Shown in pieces: positions 52,984 to 64,000 of a DNA stretch of 64,000 bases. Source of the stretch: the human T2T-CHM13v2.0 reference genome, Homo sapiens; NCBI RefSeq assembly GCF_009914755.1, contig NC_060929.1. One strand, written 5' to 3'. Every line of letters begins with the position of its first letter. Within the stretch, counting starts at the first letter, position 1. Both the position numbers and the translations under genes were made by a program. The notes under the pieces were generated by a model that made no database searches, was not told where the DNA came from, and worked only from the letters and a program-made list of their open reading frames with translations.

Positions 52984-55119
52984 AGAGAAATGAGACTTCA
53001 CATTTGTATGGTTCATTATGCTTTCTTAAGTACTTTCACATTCATTACCATTCTGTAGAAATGGACAAGCTTTGAGTAATCAGCTGGGTGAATAGAACCC
53101 TGTTAGGCCTAAGAGGCAGCCACAACTTTAGGAAATAGGAGATCCTTAAGAACAAAGAGCAAGTAAGGAAGGCAGGGGACCAGCTGTGAAAAAACTAGCA
53201 TCTACAAGGTTAATTTGAATCAAATTAGTAATTTTGTCTCAGTTTCCTCATCTGCTAAGTGGGAATAATTATGATGTCTGGCTCAGCAGGTTGTCATTAA
53301 GATTGCATGACACAGTGAATGCCAGGTGTTTAATGCTAAGTAAGTGCTTATGTAGTTGTGAGCTGGTCAATGGTGAGGAATGTCTGGGGTGCTCAGTGAG
53401 AGAGGCGCCTGGAAACAGTTTCTGAGAACAATGAGAGGAGAAAGTGGGGAAGGAAGGTGAACAAAAATGAATTGTTCTGCTTGGTATTTTTGGCCTAATT
53501 TTGGAATCAGCAAAGCTAGAAGCAGGACTCCTTGTCCTGTGTTTTTTCTCTTATATCAGACCCACTCTCTAATTACTGAGCCTAAGTAAGAGACCTCTGT
53601 TTTCCCATAGACTGTGTGTGGCACAAAAGACATCTATCTGGGCTCTGTGTCAGTGAATTCCTAACACAAGACACCATGTTCTTGGTATGTCATCTCAGGT
53701 TCCTGCGGAGGATTAAGCTGAAACATCCTATCCCTCTAGTTAAGAGAGAAGGAGCCGTTTCTGCCCTTTTTCTAAGGAAGTTGGCAGTACTTTTTGGAAA
53801 TATTGCTGAGTGGCCAAAGCTTTGGCCAGGTCTAGGAGCTCTCTCTGAACAGTTCTCTTAGGGAATTAACTTGTTCATTATTTTAGGCCTTACTAGATTT
53901 CTGGTAAGGTATCCTTGTCCCTTAGCTAGGGGATAGCACTCATTGGCAGTGTACTCAGCAACTTCTGATTGTGATCATCAGGGTGCCCAGGGTTACCCCT
54001 TTATCCTTTCTACCTCTAGAACTCTCTTCCCTGAGATCAAATCTCAACTGTTGTCTTCCTAACTCACTGACTTCCCATCCATCCATCAACTCCATTCAAC
54101 ACTAATGTCTACTTCATATTATTAGACTTTGTGCCTGGTTCTGAATAACTCATACTCATGGTTTCCACTGCTAACCCATATGGACTTTCCAAATTCCCTG
54201 ATTCTTTAGTATCTTCCAACTCCTTTCAATTTAGTAGATTTCTGGATCTCATCCACTTGGTCTTCTCTTATTTCATGGTTATCTAGGCTTATGGTCTAAC
54301 AATGGCACCCTGAATTTTCAGGAGTGAGGCTTCTTGAGAAATGAATGAATTGCTGAATTTTGGAAATATGATTTTTTGTAGGGAAGGAAACAAGCAGCTT
54401 GGTTATCTAGTCTTGAGAATGCAGCCTGACAACTGTGGCTTGATTGGTCTAGTCTTTGCTACTGGCATGTACGGGAAGAAAGGAGGCAGAAACTTCTTTC
54501 TTGTTGCACATTTCTAGGCTCCATTCTGCAGTCCCCACACTATAACACCTTCCTCAAAGGGGCTTGTTTCCCATGTGAAGAAAGCAAGATAATCAACCAA
54601 GTTATTGAAAACAACAGTCATTTCAGCCAATCAGTTGTTTTTGTTGACTGTAGAATAGGTGCTAAAGAATTTTCCTGTGACTCCCAAATAACCAGACCCT
54701 GTCATGAGGGGCCAAGGAAGGAACTTGACCTCTTGGCATCCAAACAACCCTTTTTTTTTTTTTTTTTTTTTTAAGATGCAACCTTTATTTGTGTTCAGGA
54801 GCCTGTTAATTCATAGGCAGAGATAAGGTTGTTAACCACAGATTCTTACCTCATCCTCTAGTGCCCTATCTTAAAAAAAAAAAAAAAAAAAACCTGAACT
54901 GTATGGTTACCACAAAGAGATGTCTAATTTTAGGAATCTCTTGATTTTGACACATGCCTCACAACGCCACTGACTCTTGGCAACATCCAGGACATCGTGA
55001 AGAGAAAAGAGCCTGACAATCCCAAGTCATTCAGTTGTGTTCTGGTCACCATCTCTTGACAGGGCTTGGCCCCAAACCCCAGTGTGGCCTTCCCACCTGT
55101 TCCCTGGTTTTCCTGCTTC

Positions 55120-55470
55120 GTTTGTGGTTCTCATAAAGACGGTAAGCAATTAGGCTGTTCAGTTGTGGCACATGGTAGTGTAAAATTATGGAATTTAGGA
55201 TTTTAATGAGTTCAGGTGCCATACAAAAGAACTCCCCCCAGTTCCTGCCCCCACCCCCATCCATAAAATTATATGGCTTTAGAATTGGGTCTTTATGCAG
55301 CCTGGACTAAGCCATTTTATTTAAAGAAAAAAAAATTGACCAGGAAAAAAAAAAGAACCAACACAATTATATGCAGATTTGTTCATAAATCAGGCACTGC
55401 AGCAGCTGTGCGGCACATGTTGGCGATCCCGAGTTTGCTGCTGGAACTTGAAAGATAAACATGAACCTGT
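55120..55470. promoter_or_regulatory. Candidate posterior-HOX/CDX/PBX-responsive enhancer
   Basis: CTCATAAA (55130), GTAAAATTATGG (55180), TTTAATGA, CCATAAAA (55261), TTTATG (55292), CATAAATCA (55384; TGATTTATG on the minus strand). Confidence 0.5.
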
Positions 55471-57479
55471 TTCTACAGAGGAAAATCTGTTCACAGCGAG
55501 GGGCTGACCCTGTTTTTTAAACAAGGCTCATGGTGTGGCAGCCTGCTGTGCCCTGCTCCGTGTTGCTGTTTGGTGGTGAGGGTCACATAAAGAAGGGACC
55601 AAAGAATGAGAAGCGATTTGCCCAGAGTGCAAAGGAGTCAGCAACTGACCCCACACAATGGGCAGAACCTGACTCTCCCACCCAACATTCTAGGGTCGCA
55701 TTAGCTAGGTCACTGGGGCAGGCAGATTTTTCATATGTATTTTCAGAGGTGAAAGATCTTTTGCCTTGGAGTCAAATTATGTAGAAAAAAAAGTATGCAA
55801 TTTATGATAAAAGGGTAGTTTGAGACTTATGTCCTTTTAAATATATGCACGTGTCTCCAGAGTTCCTGCTAAGCCCTGTGCTTGCCCTAGGTGTGGAGAA
55901 AGGAAGGACAAACAGAGGGGATCCATCTGTTTCAGGATTCACTGCAAGGCTGATTGCTTTTGCTCAGGCCCCGTGCCAACAGCAACTCATTGTAAGGTCC
56001 AGCTGTTTCCTTGGCCCAGGTATTCCTTGGGGGATGGAATGTAGTGCAATATATTTCTTAGTTGGCTTTTTGTGGAAATGGGTACCCTGGGTCGACCTGC
56101 CTCTGTCTGCCTCAAATTGAAGAGGCCCTGTAAGTAAGGTGAGGGTTGCTTTGTGGCAATATGGTGGAGGCTGATACATCTGTGAGATCAGTTAATTAAC
56201 CAGGGCTCATGGTGATAGAAACTTCCTGAAGTAGACATGACCAACCTCCTTTCTTCTTTTACTGAAAAAAAGAAGCGAGTTTTGGAGAAAGTCTGATTAT
56301 CTTCTTTTCCTGTTGCTTTCTCCTTGGAACTGAGCTATCTCAGTGCTCCATTGAGAAGAGTTAATAGTAAGGAGAACCCTTTAATGATTCAGTTTAAATG
56401 CATGGTTCTGGGCCTTTCAAGAACTTTACCCCAGCACAGTCCTCTGTGCCAGGAACTGGCCAAGTGAAAAGGTCTGTCAGCCCTAGGTGATTTCCTTAAC
56501 CTGAGAAAACGTTAATGATTCCAGAGGCATGGCTTTTCATTCTTTCAGATGACTACTGTTTAGTGTCACCCACAAGAGTCTAAAAGAAATCTCATATACT
56601 CAAGACACTCACACACAAGCACACATATACACCAACAGATACATACTCACATACAAGTGATGCATTATGATTAATAAATGAATGGAGCTATTTGTTATTT
56701 ATTATTTAAACCTTCAATACTGGCTGGCCTGAGTGATACATGAAATATAGCCAAGTAATTTATTTATTAGGGAAAATAATGATTTTTTTCCCACAGCATA
56801 ACCTCCTCTGACCCAAAACAGCAAGAGCTTTATCAAATACAAATACGATGGCTTGTAATTTTAGAGTCTTCCAGAGCATTGTAACTGACAACCTTTTTAA
56901 CATAAGTACATTGAACAAATAATTTATAGACATATTCTGGGAATATTTTAGGGTGTTTTATTACTACTTTTGAAAGCTATGGCATATTATTGATTTTGGC
57001 ATATTAATATAACCTAAGAGGGAGGGCACATGCTCAGCTCCTAATCCACATTAGCTTTGATGGCAAACAATATATTTCACTGAAAGGAACCTTGAACCAA
57101 AGCAGCAGAGGTTAGCAATTACACATCATAGCCCAAAGTTTAAGATAATGAATTTCACTCATTAGAGAACTCCCACTTTGGGGACTGAAACAAGCTTTCC
57201 TTACTTGGGGTTTCATTCCAAATTCTCAACCACCATTTGTCAGCGTGAGCTTCCCTTTCCTTATCTCCATTCAACTCCTGCCACTTCCTTGGGATTTTTA
57301 AAGCCTGCTTCCTGCTGAAGAAGTCACCATTACCCCTTTTTCAAAATATGTTTCCAAAAACATATTTTTAGAGTGGGTTTTGGGGACTTGTTTAAAAGAG
57401 CTTATTATGTTCTTCCTCTTTGTATTTACTTGCTTTTTCCAGGTAGTTTCTAGGCAATTAATCCTTGAGTTATCAATGT

Positions 57480-58135
57480 TTTATTAGTCCACTTTCACAC
57501 TGCTGTAAAGATATTACCCGAGACTGGGTAATTGATAAAGGAAAGAGGTTTAATTGAGTCAGTGTTCCGCATGGCTGGGGAGGCCTCAGGAAACTTACAA
57601 TCATGGCAGATGGGAGGCAGCAGGTGAGAGAGAGAGAGAGAAGAAAGAAGGGGGAAGAGCCCCTTATAAAACTAACAGATAGGCCGGGTGCGGTGGCTCA
57701 CGCCTGTAATCCCAGCTCTTTGGGAGGCCGAGGCAGGTAGATCATGAGGTCAGGAGTTCGAGACCAGCCTGCCAACATGGTGAAACCCTGTCTCTACTAA
57801 AAATAAAAAAAATTAGCCAGGTGTGGTGGCAGGTGCCTGTAATCCCAGTTACTCGGGAGGCTGAGGCAGGAGGATCACTTGAACCCAGGAGGCAGAGGTT
57901 GCAGTGAGCAGAGATGGTGCCACCAGCCTGGGCAACAGAGCAAGACTCCATCTCAAAAAACAAAGAAACAAACAAAAAAACAAAAAAATCTAACAGATGT
58001 CGTAAGAACTCATTCACTATCATGAGAACAGCATGGGGGAAACCACCCCCATGATCCAATCACCTCTTTCCCTCAACATATGGAGATTACAATTCAAGAT
58101 GAGATTTGGTGGGGATACAGAGCCACACCATATCA
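57480..58135 (-). mobile_element. THE1D/MSTA-like solo LTR interrupted by an Alu
   Basis: tattagtcc..cccgagactgggtaat..gaggcctcaggaaacttacaatcatggc..ccatatca; perfect 5-bp TSD AATGT (57475, 58136). Confidence 0.93.
57682..57988 (+). mobile_element. AluS (Sg-like)
   Basis: ggccgggtgcggtggctcacgcc..; TSD AAAA(T)CTAACAGAT. Confidence 0.96.
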
Positions 58136-58809
58136 AATGTCTTCTTCATATATTTTAAAATCATCCACCTCTTCATTATGTTTAGACAGACCCTGAGCTT
58201 ATTACAAAGACTTCATTGTCCAAATTCCTGACCTCAGTGTTTAGAAACCTCTCCAAATTGTGCCCACTATGTGCAGCCTTCAGCAAGAACTCGGTGCTTA
58301 AGCTTCACTGGCCTCTTGCTGCATCTGAAACCTCTTTATCCTTGCTGCCTTTCTGCCTTTGATTCCATCTATTTTTTATGTGAAGATTTTCCTGACCATT
58401 CTGATATATAGTCATTTTCTCCTTCGCTGAACCTCTATACAATTCAGCAGCTTTCTCTTATAATTTGACACTTTATCAGGAGCGGCCTTGAATTAGTCCT
58501 AGTTTCTCTTTCACAAGTATTGTTGATCCTAGATGGACTACAGGTAATTTGAGGAAAGGAGTCATATAGGTGACATTTTCCTTGTAGTCTCACATCACTT
58601 AGAATGCAGCTGAACAGATAATGGCAGCTCAGTATCTATGAAATTCAGTATACACCAAATTTAAAATATAATGAAATCTGAGAAAAATTGACAACAATTT
58701 TGAAAGTATGGCATGGCCCATCACCTTCTAATGGTTAAAAATTGCAACGTGATCTGAAATTTTATAAAATTCTTTTGGGCTTAATTGTAGGGGATGAACT
58801 TTCCTTTCC

Positions 58810-59480
58810 TTTATTTTTTTAAATTAAAAATTTCTTATGATAAATATTGTAAATGTTCCCATTAGAAATATCTGAAAATTTGGAAAAGCAAAAAGAAGAA
58901 AATAAAATAATCTATCATATTTTATAGAAGGTTCCATTAATAGCTTGGTATATACTCTTTTATACTATTTCTGTGTATATATATGGATTTATGTATATAT
59001 ACACACACCTGTGTATACATTGCTATTACCGCCTTTATTAATTCCTTAGGATAAATTAATAGAAATAGATGAAACATAAAGACATTTGTAACTTATAGAA
59101 ACAAGTGTGTGTGTATGTGTTTGTGTCAGTGTAAGTACTTTAAAAAAGTATCACACACTATGTACTGTTTTGCAACCTGTTTCTCCACATCAATAATGTA
59201 GCTTTAATGCCTGCATAGTAATCATTGTATCTTAATTTACTTAACCAGTTAATTTGTATTGAACATTTTGGGTTTTCAACTTTTCACTCTTACAAACAAT
59301 GCTAAAAATGAGCTGTCTTGTACATAAATATTTTGTACGTTTTTCATAATTTCCTCAGGATAGAGTCCTAGAAGTGGAATTTCCAGGACAACAGGGCATG
59401 CGTATTTTAAGACATCTAAGGCACCAAACTGCTTTTCAGAAAGATGGCACTCATTTATAGTACTATGGGTGGTAATTGAG
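58810..59480 (-). mobile_element. Old L1ME 3' fragment
   Basis: tgtactgttttgcaacctg..tacaaacaatgct..aggatagagtcctagaagtggaatt..ccaaactgcttttcagaaag. Confidence 0.8.
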
Positions 59481-60199
59481 ATGACTGATACCTTGTTATT
59501 CCAAAGTTATTGCACTCGAACTTGAAGAACCATGGTTTGGGTTTACAACGAAGGAAGTGAGCAACCTGCACTGTTCTATTACAGTGTTCTTCCCAAAAGA
59601 CAGACCTGATAGGCCACTTCTGTGCTGAAAGTCTCCATTGATCTCTGATGCCTGAGGAACCAAGTTTCAACTCCTCAGCCAGGCCTTTTGTAACCTGTCC
59701 TCAACCTATGGCTGAGCTCCACTGACCTCATTCTCCCATATCTATGCACTTTAACCTCTTTCTGTGCCAAGCATCTCACCTTGGCCGGAACACGCCCTCC
59801 CTTCTGTGCCTCTGCAGCTCTATACCTGGGGCAATGCTCATTTACACAAAAGCGGATGCATATAGCTGTGGATTAGTCAAAGTTCAAATAATAATGGCCA
59901 GTGCATTTATCAAAAATGAAATAACTCACAGTTATAACTGTATGATAAGTCTCCATTGCTTCTTGTGACATAAATAAAAGAGTAGCTAATGTTACCCCTG
60001 AGCAAAGTAGAGTGTTGTGTGCTTTCGTTGGATTATCATTTTTAGGTGTGTTATACCCATGTGACAGATGAGGAAACTAAGATTCAAAAAGATTAAGTAA
60101 ATTGTCTAAGGAGATGACTAGAAAGTGGCAGACTTGGGAACTGACAACAGGAAGCATGATTGTGATAATACTCTAAACCTCACCAGACCACACTGTCTA

Positions 60200-60519
<320 letters not shown>

Positions 60520-60717
60520 TGCCTCTTTGCATGTCTTGGCAGCCTGCTAGTTTCACACCATCAAGTGTCCACAGAATAAAGATGTGCCTCCTGGCTTAAA
60601 AAAGGTCAAGGACCTCATGTATCTCTGGAATCCAAGATTAAGTTGCACAGTTCAGGCTCTAAAATGAAAAGTTAAAAGGTCTAGTTGCAACTTTAAGTTT
60701 ACCTTATCCATGTAGAT

Positions 60718-60936
60718 CAGGGCTTCTCAACTGTGCATGACTGACATTTTGGACTAGAGCATTCCCTGTTGTGGGGGGGTGGTCCTGTGCATTGCAGGAT
60801 GTGTAGCAGCATCCCTGGATTCTACCCAATGGATGCCAGTAGTATCCCTGCCTCCAGTTGTAACAATCAGAAATGTCTCCAGACACTGTTGAATGTTCCC
60901 TGAGCAAACAAAATGGCCCCTAGTTGAGAGCCACTC
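60718..60936. mobile_element. MER20 (hAT-Charlie), full length
   Basis: 219 bp; cagggcttctcaac..gttgagagccactc termini; aaatgtctccagaca; 8-bp TSD ATGTAGAT/ATGTAGAG. Confidence 0.92.
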
Positions 60937-61289
60937 ATGTAGAGAATATATTTTGTTTTGTCATGCCCAACTTATTATCCCCTGCTATGTGCATGGATTA
61001 TGTATAATGAACAGAGCGAGGGAAGAGAGAAACTAATATAGAAAGAAGGAAAAGATACTTGGAATATTGGTGATGCTGACATCTCAGGATCTATGAGAAC
61101 TGCAAATTGGGAGATATATTCCCCTGAATGCATGTGAGAGGTTCCAAAAATGCCTTTTGGGAGAAGAGCATTGGCTGGCAAAAAAGGAAATTGAGTAGAT
61201 GGGTCAACGTCAGAGGGTAGAGGGGACAGCTGGACCACAGAGGAGTTGTTCACAGGGAACAGCAGAAGAAGGGTGGAGTTAGGAGACAG

Positions 61290-61540
61290 CATAGCCTAGA
61301 AGAAAGATATCAGATTTTGGAGTGAGACAGACAGTAGCTTGATTTCTAGCTTGGCCCCTTATTTGCTGTGTGACTGAGGGTGAAATACCCTATCTATCTA
61401 AGTTTCAGTTTAACCATCTGTAAAACAGGACTGTGTCAAAAAGTTAACATGTGGATAAATGAGATTAAATGTGGTACACATGGAAAATGTTGAGCGTAGT
61501 GTTGGACTACAGTAGGTGCTCCGATAATGATAAACAGTAG
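61290..61540 (+). mobile_element. MIR
   Basis: ttttggagtgagacaga..tttgctgtgtgac..tcagtttaaccatctgtaaaa..tagtgttgg..agtaggtgctc. Confidence 0.75.
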
Positions 61541-62059
61541 CTATTTTATAGGCTTTAACGAGATAATGGCCTGTAATGCTCCTAGACAAAGACTGGAACA
61601 CAGTAAATGCTGTTATTAACTCTTAGGTAGGAATAGATTTGAAATCCAGACCTAGAAGTTTAAGTGGATGGGAAAGAAGAGATTTAGTGCATTTGAATAA
61701 TAATAGGAAACCAGGCAACTGTGATTTTAGGAAGATGGGGTGGGTAATGGCCTTGGGATGGACTCTACCAAGGAGAGACTGAAATGAATCATTCAGGAAG
61801 TGCATGCAATAACATAGGCAGGAAGAAATGAGGACTGGGTCAGATTTCTGGTCTCTGTCTTTGCAGAGCTTTAGTATAACTGGTAGATGGTATAAGCATT
61901 CCTGAAACAAACGTGTGAACACTAGAAAATAGGGCAAAATTATACACTACTAAACCTCAATTTTTAAAGAAGCTTAATATAAAGAATTCAAAGACCTAGT
62001 CATTGGATTTCTCTTAGGTCTGTTGTTGGATTTCTCTCAGGCCCACTCTACTTTCTTTT

Positions 62060-62965
<906 letters not shown>

Positions 62966-63069
62966 TCTGACAAATAAACTCATGGCTTGGACATCTTTAG
63001 TGTCTGATGATGTCCAGAAGCCCTATAAGGATTGCTTTGCACCTGGCAATGTTTGTTTAGGAATGTAAT

Positions 63070-63365
63070 AAATAGTTATTGAGCATCTGCTATGTGCCAG
63101 GCACTAGGCTAGCTGCTGAGAATATAACAGTGTGACAAATGAGATTCTTGCTTTCTGGGTGCTTTCAGCCTAGCAGGACAGACAGCCAAGTGTGACAGGG
63201 AGAGCAGATAGTGTAAAGGAAGAATAGTATCAGGGCCACCTTATGTAGTTTATGGAGAGTGTTCAGGTCAGAATCCCCACAGCAAAAGATGTTTAAGCTG
63301 AGGTCTGAAAGAAGAGTAGGAATAACTCAGGAGAAAGGGATGAGGAACAGGGTCTTAAGTAGAGA
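63070..63365 (-). mobile_element. L2 3' fragment
   Basis: ttattgagcatctgctatgtgccaggcactagg..gatgtttaagctgaggtctgaaagaagagtagga. Confidence 0.8.
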
Positions 63366-63380
63366 ACACAATCTGGAGGA

Positions 63381-63513
63381 GAGAGGGGATGGGGCAGGAG
63401 AAAGGAGATGGGGAAGGAAAGAGGGGATAGGGAAGGAGAGAGGGGATGGGGCAGGAGAAAGGGGATGGGGAAGGAAAGAGGGGATAGGGAAGGAAAGAGG
63501 GGATGGGGAAGGA
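63381..63513 (+). repeat. Purine-rich 19-bp minisatellite (7 units) with a 57-bp higher-order period
   Basis: Units GAGAGGGGATGGGGCAGGA / GAAAGGRGATGGGGAAGGA / AAGAGGGGATAGGGAAGGA occur twice, plus one more unit. Confidence 0.88.
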
Positions 63514-64000
63514 GAGAGGGAGGGAGAGAGGTAGAAAGAGAGAAAGAGACAGAATCTCTCCATGGAAAGAACTGGAGTTTGGAGTGGCTGGAGCAAGGTT
63601 TTTTTGCATCTGTAGCTTCAGAACCATATGGGGGAGGTCTCCCAGTTACACTTTCCACAGACTATACTCAGGACCGAGCAATCTGCCTTGGGGGCCACCA
63701 GTCCCCTTCTGTGATAGTGCAGCTTGCAAATCACGCCTTGTGCTCTGGGGCCATCTCATTGGAGTCAGGGTTGAGAAGGGAGGGAGGAGATTAGAATAGA
63801 CATTTATTTTTCATTTTGCATTTAGCTTGGGGTGGGCTGACTGCTTTTCAGGATCTGATTATTCCCCTTCGGAGGGTCCTGTGGTCAGGCGCCAACTGTG
63901 AGGATCTGTTACCATGGGTGACATTTTCATCCAATGGAGAGCCATGCTGCTTGTTTGCAGAGTGGCAGATGGAGCAGCTAATCGATGCAGTCTGAAAGGT

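Noticed and set aside
63259-63799. Multiple overlapping ORFs of 89-128 aa
   Set aside because: Produced by the stop-free purine minisatellite

Overview
This window is primate (human-like) non-coding DNA, either a large intron or a gene desert. I find no intact protein-coding gene, RNA gene or CRISPR array. The ORFs in the supplied track are repeat-derived, low-complexity or unrecognisable. Much of the window is interspersed repeats: 16 Alus, about 11 L1 fragments, many MIR and L2 relics, MaLR/ERVL LTRs, and MER5/MER8/MER20/MER58/Charlie DNA transposons. The main unlisted feature is a full-length, intronless, heavily disabled latexin (LXN) retrocopy on the minus strand (CDS-equivalent 6336-7004), which the ORF track misses. 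It is joined through its poly(A) tail to a 5'-truncated L1MA, and both appear to lie inside one target-site duplication, suggesting a chimeric or nested retrotransposition. Other points of note: an L1PA with an apparent 3' transduction, several repeat-free blocks dense in homeodomain/TCF/SOX/PBX-HOX motifs that resemble developmental enhancers (about 4.1-4.5, 27.8-28.35, 50.2-50.7 and 55.1-55.5 kb), two CTCF-like motifs, and a minus-strand bias of Alu/L1 that hints at a plus-strand host transcript. I see no evidence for a wholly new biological system. Repeat subfamily names come from recalled consensus sequences, and boundaries of old repeats are approximate.
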